A DNA stretch of 248,000 nt from NCBI GenBank assembly GCA_951406725.2, contig OX597817.1:87812001-88060000 (forward strand), written 5' to 3'. Below the pieces are notes generated by a model, which searched no databases, had not been told where the DNA came from, and was given only the letters and a program-made list of their open reading frames with translations. This document shows positions 216,010-229,929 of this stretch, in pieces; the stretch's first letter is position 1, and every line of letters starts with the position of its first letter. The position numbers were made by a program, and so were the translations under genes. This DNA is from Octopus vulgaris. Its lineage: Eukaryota.

Positions 216010-219000
216010 GTTTAACGTCCGCTTTCCGCGCTAGCACGGGTTGGACGGTTCGACCGGGTCTGGGAAGCCAAGGGCCGCTCCAGGCTCCAGTCTGAATCTG
216101 GCAGAGTTTCTACGGCTGGATGCCCTTCCTAACGCCAACCACTCCGTGAGTGGATTGGGTGCTTTTTACGTGCCACCTGCACAGGGGCCGGAGGGTCCGG
216201 CATCGTCACGATCGGTTCGAGCATTTTAACGTGTCAGCGGCACGGGGGCAACGAGGTCCGGGGTACTTTGGGGATCGGGGTACTTTGGGGATCCAGGGTA
216301 CTTTGGGGATCCGGGGTACTTAGAATGGGTAGGGGGTATGTGGAATTGCTGCAGAAAGCAGCCCGGGTCTTTGTAGTCACAGCATATCTCCAGAGATCTC
216401 GGTCCTTCGCCATTGCCTCAGTGAGGCCCAATGCTCTGAGGTCATGCTTGACCACCTCATCCCATGTCTTCCTGGGTCTACCTCTCCCCCTGATACCTTC
216501 AACTGTTTGGGAGTGGCACTTCTTCACACATCTCTCTTCATCCATCCGCAGCACATGACCATACCATCACAAGCGTCGCTCTTGCACACCACATCTGATG
216601 CTTCTTATATCCAGTATTTCTCTCAGGATACTTACACTCTGTTTTGCGTGCACACTGACACTACACATCCAGCGGATCATGCTAGCTTCATTTCTTTCAA
216701 GTCTACGCATGTCTTCTGCAGTCACAGCCCATGTTTCATTACCGTGAAGCATGGCAGTTCGCACACATGCATCATACAATCTATCTTTTGCTCTGAGGGA
216801 GAGACCTTTTGTTGCCAGTAGGGGTAGGAGCTTTCTGAACTTTGCCCAGGCTATTCGTATTCTAGTGGTGATACTCTCTGTGCATCCACCTCCGCTACTA
216901 ACTTGGTCTCCCAGGTAGCGGAAACTATCAACTACTTCTAGTTTCTCTCCCTGGAGTGTGATGGAATCTGTTTTCTGAGTGTCTGTTGTGTCTATTGTCC
217001 CTGTGCATCTGCCGCACATGAAAGCTATCTTATCTGTTAATTTCCCTTTAATGTTGCTGCACCTCTTATGTGTCCATAACTTACATTGGGTGCATCTTAT
217101 GGAGTTTCTACCTGTACCTTTCCTACAGGTTGAGCAGGGCCACCTACCCGAGGGGATGTGTGCTGAGTACCTCTTGCTGCTTACTAATACTTTGGTCTTT
217201 GCTACATTTATTCTAAGGCCCTTTGATTCCAACCCTTGCTTCCACACCCGAAATTTCTCTTCTAGTTCCGGTAGTGATTCTGCTATGAGAGCTAGGTCAT
217301 CAGCATAGAGGAGCTCCCAGGGGCATCCCGTTTTGAATTCCTCTGTTATTGCCTGAAGGACTATGATGAATAAAAGGGGACTGAGGGCTGAGCCCTGGTG
217401 CACACCTACTTCTACCCGGAATTCTTTACTATATTCGTTGCCAATCCTAACCTTGCTGACAGCCTCTCTGTATAGAGCCTGTACAGCCCTTATTAGCCAT
217501 TCTTCAATCTCCAGTTTCCGCATCGACCACCAGATAAGGGAACGGGGAACCCTGTCAAAGGCTTTCTCCAAGTCTACAAAAGCTATGTAGAGGGGTTTAT
217601 CTTTAGCTAGGTACTTCTCCTGCAGTTGTCGGACCAGGAATATAGCATCAGTGGTGCTTCTACCTGGTACAAAACCGAACTGCATTTCATCTAAACAAAT
217701 TCTCTCCCTAATGAGATGGGTTATGACCTTCTCTGAGACCTTCATCACCTGGTCCAACAGTTTGATACCTCTGTAGTTATTTCTATCTAGAGCATCACCC
217801 TTACCCTTGTAGCAGTTGACTATGGTGCTGCTGCACCAGTCATTGGGTATGACTCCATTGTGAACTACCTGGTTTACAATGCGGATGACTATGGCATAGC
217901 CCACATAGCCAGCTGTTTTAAGCATCTCAGCAGTGATTCCTGATAGGCCAGGGGCTTTGCCTGGTTTCATATCCTTAATTGCCTTATCTACAAGGGAGCT
218001 GTCTATTCGGGTAGCTGGTCCCTCTACTGGGTCAACATTTGGCAGGCTCTCCTCCTCCCATTCATTCTCCTCATTCAGCAGTCTTTCATAATGGCTTCTC
218101 CAAGCCTCTTTCTTTTCACTAGTAGTAAAAGCAAGTGCCCCATCATCCATGCGGACACATTTCTCTCCTATAACATCGCTATTTTCTCTGACACACTGTC
218201 TGGCAATCCGAAATACTTCAGCTCTTTGATCCTCGCGACGCTGGACATTGGCAAACTTCTTCTTTTCTGCTACATCTTTGGCAATGTATACCTGCCGCCC
218301 AGCCTCCCTTTTGGCTATCTGGTACAGTTCCCTGCTGCCCCCATCCTTCCAGGCTTTCCAGGCCCGTCTCTTTTCACAGATGGCTTTATCTACTGCACTA
218401 TTCCACCACCACGTAATTCTAGGTCTGGAAGGGACTTTGCACCATCCACAGACTTGGTCTGTGGCACTCAACAAGCTGTCCCGTAGGAATTCCCAGCTAC
218501 CTTCTATGTCTGACGTCTGAAGCTCCTCCTCCCTCTCATCAAATTTCTTGATGAGTATGTCCCTAAATTTCTGACCATGCGAAGGGTTCTTTAGCCTCCA
218601 AATCCTTCTTTTCTGGATTGGTTTGTTTCTTGGAGTCCTTCTGGCCTCAAGCTTAAAGTCACTGATGATTAGTCTATGCTGAGGGATACATTCTTCACCC
218701 GGGAGGGTCTTTGTATTCAAGAGCAACCCTGCATCCCGTTGTCTGGTGAGGATGAAGTCTATTTGGCTAGCGGAGTCTCCTGACTGATAAGTTATAAGGT
218801 GGCAGACTGGCTTCTTGAAGTTAGTGTTGCAGATTGAAAGGTTACATGCATCACAGAATTCCAGCAGTCTAGTTCCCTCATCATTTCTGGTGCCAATACC
218901 ATAGCCACCATGTACCCCAGTGAAGATACCCGATTCCCGCCCAACATGCCCATTAAAATCTCCACCTACAAAGATGAGGTCCTTGTTACTAGTCTTTGAA

Positions 219001-220630
219001 GTAGCCTGCAGAAGGGTATCATAAAAGTTGTCCTTCTGATCATTTGGTAGTCCCGCTTGTGGGGCATAGGCTGAGATAATCATAGCTGTGCCACTCTGTA
219101 GGACCAACCTGAGCTTAAGCACTCTATCACAAACCCTGACAACCTCTATGACCTTATCCACCCATTCCTCCGCAAGGAGAATGCCTACACCCCCTACACC
219201 TTCCGCGTTACCTTGCCAGTAGAGTTTGTACCTAAGTGCCTTGCCCGTGAGGACCCTAGCCGAAGCATCTCTCCATCTTACCTCTTGTATGCAGCATACA
219301 TCAACCTGTCTTCTCTCTAGCATCTCTACAATCTCACTAGACTTGCCTGTCAATGTACCAACATTGATAGTGCCAACTCTGAAAACTGGGAAGGAGATGT
219401 GGGGGGGACGGGGGGATTCAGCGCCTGAGAAGAGGAGGGTTGTTGTGGTGGTGATAGTTTTCGTGGTATTTTTCTTTTGATCTCTCTTCCAACCTGACCA
219501 CGCCGTGGGCAGGAGCTGGTGTTAGCAGTGGACATTCGTTATCGTCACTGAGTAACATAATTAGGTAGAGGAAAGAAATACAGATATTCTAGAGTTGAGT
219601 TGGGAGGGGGGGTCCAGTTGAGGCGGGTAATATAGGGGAGCAACCAGTGGGGAAGGTTGGGGTAAGGAGGAACGATGGCAGGAAGGGTTGGTGTAGGTTC
219701 GTAAGAAATAAAAACGTAGGATATTACGAGGCGGGAGGGTACTAAAAGGGGATGGTCGGATTGAGGCAGTGTCAGGAGGAAGCGTAAGATCGGTGGGCAG
219801 TTGATGAGCTATGGCGCTAGCAGCTTGTCTTTTCACAGTGAAAGCATATGAGGAGAAGGGGTAGTGGGGGGAGGAGGAGGGAGTAGGGCGTATCCGGTGT
219901 AGATGAGTAGGGCGTATCCGGTGTAGATGGTGAGAACAGGGTATACTGGTATTGGTGGTGGGGGTGAGAACAGTGTTCACCGGTATTGGTGGTGGCGGTG
220001 AGAACAGTGTTCACCGGTATTGGTGGTGGGGGTGAGAACAGTGTTCACCGGTATTGGTGGTGGGGGTGAGAACAGTGTTCACCGGTATTGGTGGTGGGGG
220101 TGAGAACAGTGTTCATCGGTATAATGGGGGGGGGCGGGCGCACCGCCAATGGCGGAAAGATGGGAAAAGATGGGATTACGGCTTGAGGTAGCCTAAGGTT
220201 AAATTTCGTAGAGAGAGAGATAGGAAAGATAAATCAAGTTATGGCGAAGGCTTGAAAGTAGCCTAAAAGGTTAAATTTTCGTAGTGAGTGAGATGGGTAA
220301 GACGAATCAAGTTATCAATGTATGAATAAACGTAGTAACAACGAATAAAAATAGTAAGATAAATTTTTAAGAACTTGCTGCGGGCATCGACCGGGAGTTG
220401 AAATTGAAGAAGAAGAAAGTAAGTTGAATTGGGAATTTAAATTGCAGAATCGTAATGGTAATGGCGATTTTCAAGTTTTAGCATAAGAAGAAGAAGAGGA
220501 GGAAAGACCGCCAATGGCGGAAAGATGGGAAAAGATGGGATTACGGCTTGAGGTAGCCTAAGGTTAAATTTCGTAGAGAGAGAGATAGGAAAGATAAATC
220601 AAGTTATGGCGAAGGCTTGAAAGTAGCCTA
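215966..220630 (-). mobile_element. Near full-length RTE LINE (APE + RT) with 5' monomer repeat
   Basis: 928-aa ORF 216567-219353 (VDVCCIQE, GDFNGHVG, IDFIL, FIDLEKAFDRV, LYADDLAL) plus C-terminal ORF; (cat)n tail; 34-bp x5 repeat at ~219955-220115; ~365-bp monomer at 220150-220630. Confidence 0.95.
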
Positions 220631-222778
220631 TTTATATATATTATTATCTTCTGCAATACAAGGCAAACTTATGAAATTCAAGGCAAACCGAATACAGAAA
220701 GCATCATTAATACTTCAGTATTGCATTTCATCTAAAATATATATGCTCAGATATTAAACAAATCTTGCTCCAATCATTAAAAGATTTGAAGAGGAAATGA
220801 TTTCTGAACCCAAGCAATGTTAGGGAGGGTTAAGGGGCAGACACTTACACCTTGTTACTAATAAAATCAATTCAAATTGGAATTTAGAAGTTCTCTTCAA
220901 AGTGACTGACACACTGAAGAGTGTCTTTAATGATGAAATGCCATTATTTTATGGTATTGCTTAAATCAGACAAAAAGTGATCAATATTTTATTTATTCCA
221001 CCAATTATTATTTGTAAATATGAAAAACGAAAATTAACAAACCAAAGTTTGATAGTTCTGCAAATAAATTCATACAAGATTTACCTTAAATTTTACAGTT
221101 AAGAATATATAAAGTTTTTTAAAAAATATCAAAATGTTTATCATATGTAATACTAATGACAACTTTAATTAGAATAATCTTAAAAGTATAGAGTAAATAA
221201 CAGAACTCCCAGCATCTTTCACCCTTTACCTTGATCACTTTCTCCCCTGCATTTTCAATGTTTCTTCTTCACATATAACTCACTGCATTTCTTTATCCAG
221301 CACTCATTGTCCATTTATTTACTTCATATTATATAATTACATTACAAGCAATCTCAATAAGAAACTGACAATTATATTCAATCCACATGAATGAAAGAGG
221401 AAAAAAAGATTTCCTATATGAATTCCCACTGAATATGAAGAACCACAGTAGTCTAAGCCAAAATAAAGGCAACCAGAGAGAAATATTTTGTCACTCATCA
221501 ATGCATTTATTTTTACCTTAAAAGAAGCATTGTTACTTACCAATTCAGGGCACTGGCAGACAAAAGCAGAAAAATTACATAATTTTTTATGTACTGAGAT
221601 CTTGAAAACATTATGAAAAAATTCACACCAAAGACCAGTATCTAAATATTTATGACTCCTACAGTAAGAGCTTCTTAGTATTCAAATTAGTCTGTAAATG
221701 CTTATTTATTCACATTGTTTTTAACTGATTGTGCATTATCTCATATCTACGAGAATTTGATGATGTAATTGTCTATTTTAAAATAACTCTGTAGGGTAGA
221801 CGTGAGAAACCAGATCTGGCCAGTTTGAACATAGAATATGTAGAATATTTTGGGGTGGATATGGCCAGTTTAAATACTGAAGGGTTAAAGATGCTATTAA
221901 TAGGAAAATTGTCTCCTTAAGATAACTATGGAAGTAAATAAAAGTGATTTTTGGATAGATGGAAGCAGAAATTTGAGAATTTTCAATCCACAGAAATTTT
222001 GGAATTTTTTAAAGAATGCTATCAATATTGAGAGGCACAGGAGTGGCTGTGAGTTAAGTGGCTTGCTTACCAACCACATGGTTCCGGGTTCAGTCCCACT
222101 GCGTGGCACCTTGGGCGAGTGCCTTCTACTATAGCCTTGGGCCGACCAAAGCCTTGTGAGTGAATTTGGTAGACGGAAACTGAAAGAAGCCCGTCGTATA
222201 TATGTATATATATGTATGTGTGTGCGTATATGTTTCTGTGTCTATGTTTGTCCCCCCAACATTGCTTGACAACCGATGCTGGTGTGTTTATGTCCCTGTA
222301 ACTTAGTGGTTCGGCAAAAGAGACCGATAGAATAAGTACTAGTCTTATGAAGAATAAGCCCTGGAGTTGATTTGCTCGACTAAAGGCGGTGCTCCAGCAT
222401 GGCCACAGTCAAATGATTAAAACACATAAAAGGATAAAAGAGCAATATAACTCAGTCCTCTTCAGCACTACACAGCAGGTTTGGTTTGGTTTGGTTTGGT
222501 TTGGTGTGGTGTGGTGTGGTTTGGTTTGGTTTGGTCTGGTTTAGTTGGTAGCACTTTTGAGGAAAACAGTTGAAACTGTTGTTGTTTAACCACAGATCAG
222601 TAAACTATGATCAAAAGCTTTCTAACCATGACAGTGCAGACTTTACATACATCTAGGACTACATTATAGTATTCAATGTGTTTATTGTTATAACACAGTT
222701 GTGGTATGATTTGAGAGAGAGAGTTAACTCTCTCAGTGTAGTAAATATGTAAAAACAAATGAAGTACAATGAACTCAC

Positions 222779-222919
222779 TCTTGATTTTCTATCAAATATT
222801 GTCCCTGATTATAAAACATGGGCACGCAATGTCCAATGATATGTATAACAGCTTTGGTATAGTATAAGCTGTTCAGTTTGGAGAGTAAGGGGATTCCATG
222901 AGTAATGAACTCAGCAACA
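222779..222919 (-). CDS. EPG5: EPG5 exon
   Basis: VAEFITHGIPLLSKLNSLYYTKAVIHIIGHCVPMFYNQGQYLIENQ; phase 2-2. Confidence 0.92.
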
Positions 222920-224087
222920 CTGAAATCAAGAAAAGAAAATGATTTAACAATAAAAATATTTTTCATAAACAACAATATACATAAAAAAATAATTTCTAAT
223001 GGGTATTTCAGATTTAGTTTGTAAAATACTATTTTTCAATAAGAACGTAGAAAAAGAATCTTTCCAATGATGAATGATTCATCATCATCATCATCATCAT
223101 TATCATTTAACATCTGTTTTCCATGCTAGCATGGGTTGGATGGTTTGACTGAGGTCTGGAGAGCCAGTGGCTGCACCAGGCTCCAATCTGATCTGGCGAT
223201 GTTTCTACAGCTGGATGCCCTTCCTAACGCCAACCACTCCTAGAGTGTAATGGATGCTTTCTACCTGCCACCGGCACAGGAGCCAGTCGGGCAGACCTGG
223301 CATCAATCACGTTCAGATAGTGCTTTTTACGTGCCACCAGCATGGGAGGCGGGGGCTACAACAGAATATCACAAAAGTGATCCTTCTGTTCATTTTGTAG
223401 GCCCGCTTGTGGGGTGTAGGCAGAGATAATTGTAGCTATACAATTCTGCAAGACTAGCCTGAGTTTAAGTACTCTATCATACAACCTCACTACCTCTATG
223501 ACCTTATCCACCCATTTCTCTGCAAGAAGTATGCCCACACCAACTATTCCATCACTATTACCTTCCCAGAAGAGTTTATACCTATATGCTTTCTAATAAA
223601 TAAATTAATGATTTGAAAAGAAATAAGATTTGTAAAATGAGTCCTAATTACAACCCAAAATTCATTTCTTCATCAACTTCCACTTTTTGACCCAAATATG
223701 TTAGCTTTTTATCAGATAGTTCCTTCTTATGAACCTCTATTTCACCAGCATCATTTAATCTCTGATGATCATGATCAACATCATTGAATAATACCCATTT
223801 TTCCTTGCTTGCATGGGTCAGAGAGAACTTATTGAGACAGATTTTCTACAGCTTTTCCTCTCACCAACCCTCACCTGTTTTCAAGTAAGGTAATATTTCT
223901 CCAGGGCCACATGTTTATCACAGAAGACTGGAAACGAACAACATTTCTTGTATGACAGAAGGGAGAAGAGTTCAAACTACCAACACACTTTAACCAGTTC
224001 TTATAACTTCAAATTCAGGTTCGATAATATCAAATACATGTCAAGTTGCTTCTAAATATATAAGAAACTTATAAAGCCAATACTTAC

Positions 224088-224347
224088 TCGTGTCCATATT
224101 TTGTCATGGTCATGGCAACGTACATTGCAATTGGGTTATCAACTTTTAATCCTTGTTGGACAGAAGCTAAAAATGTATCTTTTCTCAGTTCTGGAATATT
224201 ATCCATGTCCACTAAATTAGTGGAAGGCTCAAATGATGAAGGGCGTGGCAAGGTATCATTGTGGAGATGAAGCTTAAACACAAGTTCCCAAGCCCAGCTG
224301 CTGAACTGTTGTTCATTGGTTTGCTGCTGACGCACTACTAACGCCAC
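224088..224347 (-). CDS. EPG5: EPG5 exon
   Basis: VALVVRQQQTNEQQFSSWAWELVFKLHLH...PIAMYVAMTMTKYGH; phase 0-2. Confidence 0.92.
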
Positions 224348-224517
224348 CTGTGGTACACATGATAAAATTATGGTAATTATTTCAAATAAGTAGTTGCTAT
224401 ACATTATAACTATATTATTTTGAAAGAAATATTTATGATATTTTTTTACAAAGCAAAAAAACCTGCTTTCATGAAAAATTGAGGAGACTTTCAAAGAACC
224501 AATATAGGGAACCCTAC

Positions 224518-224640
224518 CTGCTTAACACCTTCCATAAAGACTGAACCTAAGTGTTTGGATGTTATATAATTGTGATAAGCTTCAACTAATACACAAGCCA
224601 CATATTGATGGATCCAGAGAGGAAGAGCAAGATCTGTGTT
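224518..224640 (-). CDS. EPG5: EPG5 exon
   Basis: NTDLALPLWIHQYVACVLVEAYHNYITSKHLGSVFMEGVKQ; phase 0-0. Confidence 0.88.
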
Positions 224641-224748
224641 CTGAAAAGAAAGCATATGAATAATTAATAGATATTGTTGAAAATAAAAAGCAGCTGATAA
224701 CAGTTTTAATTTTTCTCTGGTGGAGAAAAGGGAGAATTGGTTTGAATA

Positions 224749-225248
224749 CCATAAATCCTCGAGTATAGTCCGCCCTTGAGTATAATACGCAGGGGATTTT
224801 TAGGCGGCTGTACCTCTGAAAAACCTAAACCTTGTGTATAATATGCACCACTTCTCTAACTTGAGTTGTGCGTAATTAAGCCAGCAGCACCTAGTCGAAC
224901 AAACACTTCCCCGCATGCATATTACAATAATGGGAATGTAAATATGTTTGCAAATTGTTTTTGTTACATGTTATTCTGTGTTCTGAATACTTTTATTTTA
225001 ATAAATGTTGCTTACTGCAAGTTATGGATGATTCTTTTATGATTTCATTGCTTTCAGGCTTAGCTTAAGGTATTTTTGTGCCCGACATCACAAAATGCGT
225101 CTGAATAAACATTGCCGAACAGCAAATAGAGACTCGAATATTGCTTAGAAAATATTTCTCATTTTTAACCTCGTATATAGTAAGCAATAGGGATTTTGAC
225201 CTTTAAATTTTGGGGAAAAAAGTGTGGATTATACTCGAGGATTTACGG
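224749..225248. mobile_element. 500-bp Tigger/pogo-like MITE
   Basis: TA|ccataaatcctcgagtata...tatactcgaggatttacgg|TA. Confidence 0.8.
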
Positions 225249-226311
225249 TACTTGCATCAAATGAACAATTCTAAAGGTACAGAAAGCTCAGATGGTGGTG
225301 TTAAACTGGGCCCTAGATACCACATACTCAATTTCACTCATTAGGTTTGGACGAGCCAAAACTATGGTGGAAGTAACCTGCACGAAGTGCATGCAATGGT
225401 ACTGACCTACAAGCATGTGACTGTGTATCAAGCTAAATAACTACTCAGTCATGCATGTGGCCAAAATACATCAGTTTCTATTTTCTTTCTATTCACAAAT
225501 ATTTTTATATTGGTTTCAAACATTTGCACAAGGCCAGCAAGTTCAGCAAGAGAAGGTAAGTCAATTACATTGACCCCAGTGCTTAACTGGTACTTATTTT
225601 ATCGACCTTGAACGAATGAAAGACAAAACTGGCCCCGACACATTTGAGCACAAAGCATAAAAACAGACAAAATACTACTAAGCATTTTTGTCCAGGGCAA
225701 TAACAATTGTGCCAGCTCACTGCCTTCATAAATATTTTTATATTATCATTGTTGTTAAGGTGGCATGCTGGACAAAAGCTTAGCAGCATTTCTTCTGTGT
225801 TCAAATGCCACAGAGGTCAACTTCTCTCTCCCTTCAAATGTGCTGGCTTTGCACCAAAAGTTAGAAAGAATTATTATTATAATTGTTGCAAGATATTAAA
225901 GGAAATCCTACAGGATTGTCCAACAGCTCAATTTAACTTTTAAATCACCACTAAATACTTCCCTAGTCTCCAAAATAAGAACAACTTTCTCAATGATTTA
226001 ATATTCAGATGATCTTGTACACATTAGAGAAGAAGTGGACACATAGGTAGAATATCAATCAAATATTTCATATATTCTTAAAGTGAGTAGGTTTGTTTGC
226101 TTTTTTTTTAGTTTTTTTTTTTAGAGGGTATTAAAGGTTGATGCGTCTCATGTAACTAATTGGATTTTTTAAAAATTAAATTCATTTCAATCTAGATTGT
226201 TCAATAAAATATTTGAGAATAAAACAAAACAATAATTTTAAAATAAAATAAAAACAACAAAAATAATAATGCAAATTTTAGGAGAAAAATCGAATCAAAA
226301 ATATTTCATAC

Positions 226312-226476
226312 CTCTTTATTAAGTCCCCAGTTCAGATTGGAAAGAATTGTTCGTCCCAGAAGGTGTTCTGTTGAACTAAGATCTGTACTCACTAACCAGG
226401 AGCGAAGAATAGCCAAATCTGCATTCTCCAACTGCCAGTCATACATGGGTAATTCTTTAAAAAGATATAGCGCCAT
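226312..226476 (-). CDS. EPG5: EPG5 exon
   Basis: MALYLFKELPMYDWQLENADLAILRSWL...ILSNLNWGLNKE; phase 0-0. Confidence 0.92.
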
Positions 226477-227148
226477 CTGTCAAAAATAAAGAAAGAACTA
226501 TGTTTATGAATTACACACATAAGATTAGCACCTTTATTTTCCCTCCCTCCTTTCAATTCAGTCCAGTTTCTTAAAAACAATAAACAGTGACGATGATGTA
226601 TATATTCATTCTTAATACATTCTGATAGATTTAAACATGAATATGTTAATCACACCTACTCTTTTCAGATAATGTATGTTCAAGACAAGTCATTGAGGTA
226701 AGGGGACTTTGAGACACCGGAGGCTCTTGTTCATAGAATTCAGTAAAACAATTACCTGCTGATGCATTATCACTGAGCTGTTGAATCACCACTGCAATGT
226801 ACTAGGACAAACCAAGTTGATGAACACATCTTTCAGCACACTATGCTTATACAAGAGTACACAGTACTGCAAATTAAGACACTTGACAATTTTGCCTTAC
226901 TTCCTCTATTTAAAGCAGCTGATTCCCAACTCACAGTAACTATGGGCATATGAAAACTGTCTTGACATTGAATACACTGCTTCGCTGTAGACAAGACACG
227001 AACCACTGATCCTTTGGTTAGCAGTGCAGAACCCAATAAACTTAATTAACCAAAGCTCTCTCTAATCAGTAAAATGCACTGCCCTCTTACTATTCAGTCC
227101 TCCAGTGCAACATTTTGACCTGCTACAAAACAAATGCAATAAAAAGTA

Positions 227149-228011
227149 TTGGTTCATCCCATAAATAATGCAGTTTTTTTTACACTTTTATTTTTCGAAA
227201 TTAAGATAAACTAAGTTCTTTTTTAATCTAAAATATACTCTTCTTCATTTTCTACCATGCTCTTCCATCTGTCCTCCAGTACTGTTCTGACCTCATCTAC
227301 AGAATTCATATTTTTTCCGTCCAAATGATTTTGAAGACTGCGGAATAAATGATAATCAGAAGGGGCAATGTCTGGCGAATATGGTGGGTGGGGCATCATT
227401 TCCCATTCAAACTGCTTCAGCCTTTGGAAAGTCATCCTCGCTGTATGTGACCAAGCATTATTCTAATGAAGGAACACCTTTCATCTTGAAACCAAAGATG
227501 TTCATTTATCTTCGAGTGCAGGTGTCGATAAATGGTTGAACAACCAAATCCAAGCTTCTCTGTTAGCTCTTCAGCAGTTACAATGGGAGTCTGTTCCACA
227601 GAGTTTACAGGACATCCTTGTCAAACTCTACAGATCTTCCAGGACAAAGCTTATCTTCTAGACTGTAGTTTCCAACTCTGAATTTCTGGAACCACAAATG
227701 ACACTGGCTCACACTTATTGTCTAATTCCCATATATTGCATTAATATTCCTTGCATTTTCTGTTCCATTGTTGCCATTATTGAACTCATAAAGCAAAATA
227801 TGCTGCATATGTTCCTTGTCACGTCCATTATAGCTTTGAAAAAAAAAACTGTTAAAATCAAACAGCAGTCTTCAAAATTGCACTAAGAATATGGAAAAGG
227901 TAAAATTACTACCTGCTTTTATAGTAAGTTGATGCAGGTAGTTTATCCCATCACCACCCAACTTTTAGCTCATGCAATTGAAAAAACCACATTATTTATG
228001 GAATGACCCAA
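227149..228011 (-). mobile_element. Internally deleted mariner relic (family of 32714-33914)
   Basis: Same TIRs; MMPHPPYSPDIAPSDYHLFRSLQNHLDGK. Confidence 0.85.
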
Positions 228012-228752
228012 TACTAAGAGAAAATTTTTGATATATCAAAAGTTGGATAATGGTTTTTGTAAAGAATAACATGAATTTCAGTTGCTTCAAATTCTTTTGG
228101 AAAGGAAACCTTCACAAATGAAAACAGAGACATCAGGCTATTCTTTTATCTTTTATTTGTTTCATTCATTGGACTGCAGCCAAGCTGGGACACAACCTTG
228201 AAAGGTTTAGTTGCACAAATTGACTCCACTGTCTTATTGTTCTTAAGCTTGATACTTTTTTCTATTGGTAACTTTTGCCAAACTGCTAAGTTAGAGCAAT
228301 ATAAACAAACCAACACCAGTTGTTGAGTGTAGGTGGTGGACAAACAAAAATACACACACACATGTGGGGGAGAAGTGTTTTTGTGTGTGTGTGTAACAGA
228401 CGTCTTTTAGTTTCCATCTATCAAATCCACTCATGAGGCTTTGATCTGCCTAGGGCTGTAGTAGAAGACACTTGCCCAACATGGCATACAGTGGGACTGA
228501 ACCAAAGACCACATGGTAAGGAAACAAACTTCTTAACTACATAACCATGCCTGAAGCTTCTGTTAGAAAAATATATATAATCTAATCTTAGGCGCTGATG
228601 TGGTTGTGTAGTAAGAGACTTGCTTCACCACCACATTGCTCTTGGTTCAGTCCCACTGTGTGGAATCTTAGGCAAGTGTCTTCTACTATAGCCTCGGGAC
228701 AACCAAAGCCTTGTGAGTGGATTTGGTAGGCAAAAACTGAAAGAAGCCTGTC

Positions 228753-228796
<44 letters not shown>

Positions 228797-229251
228797 TTAT
228801 GTGTGTGAGTCATTATGTCTGTGTTTATCCCCACCACCACTTGACAACCATTGTTAGTGTTTCTATGTCCCCATAACTTAGTGGTTCAGCAAAAGTGACC
228901 GACAGAATAAGTATTTGGTTTAAAAAAAATAAGAACTGGGTCAATCCATTCAACTAAAAAATCTTCAAGGCAGTGCCCCAGTAAGGCCACAGTCTAATTA
229001 CTGAAACAAAAGATAAAAGATAAACAATGAGAGAAGTCACTACTTTTGCCTTTCTAGCAAAATTAATGTTTGGTAATGGATTAAACCAGTTGTCTTTTAA
229101 GGTTTTAGAGCACCAACAAAATTTCATGCAATGTTTTCTCAAGACATATAAAGAAAAATCTTCACATATTACATTTCATTATATCGTAGACATAGATCAA
229201 TGAAAGAGATCAGAAACGAACAGAAATGAATTCCATTCTCAATAAACTCAC

Positions 229252-229392
229252 CCCTCCTATATTTCCTCGGACATCTCGTAGTTTATGAATCAAAAATGAA
229301 ATGGTGACTGGATGGACTTGGGCAATGGCAGACAACAGCTCACGGCCAACTTTAGAACAGAAATCTTTAGTATGATCATATAGGTACGCAAT
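229252..229392 (-). CDS. EPG5: EPG5 exon
   Basis: IAYLYDHTKDFCSKVGRELLSAIAQVHPVTISFLIHKLRDVRGNIGG; phase 0-0. Confidence 0.92.
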
Positions 229393-229759
229393 CTGAAAAG
229401 AGAGAATATTTCTTAATATTGCATGTGTGTGTGTGTGTATTTGTATGTATATAAGCATAAACATATATATGTCTATGTATATATATATGTATATATTTGT
229501 GTGTGTTTGTATATATGCATAAATGCTGAAAAGTTCCTAGCTTTAAGGGTATCATGAAAAGCATGGTTGAAGGCCCAACCTTTTGAGGGCTTAGAAAAAC
229601 TGCAGGAGGGCTGCAATAAATGTGTGAATCTGAGAAGGGAATTTGTTGAATAAAATCATAACTAACCAATCCTCCAGTATTTTCTTTTATCCAATGCCAG
229701 GAGCATTTCAGCACCCCCTTGTATATATATTTCCCAGTGTATTATATGCATACCTATGG

Positions 229760-229790
<31 letters not shown>

Positions 229791-229929
229791 ATAAACCTTT
229801 ACATAAATAAATAACATGAAATACACGAAGGGACGAACAAAAAGACAAACGGGTCATTCAAAGCCTTCGTTCTTCAGTCAGAAACTGATTCCTCATCGCG
229901 GATACATATATATATATATACCATATCTC

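Noticed and set aside
221337-221543. Extra EPG5 exon from the ORF track
   Set aside because: No EPG5 similarity; exons 222779 and 215266 join directly in phase
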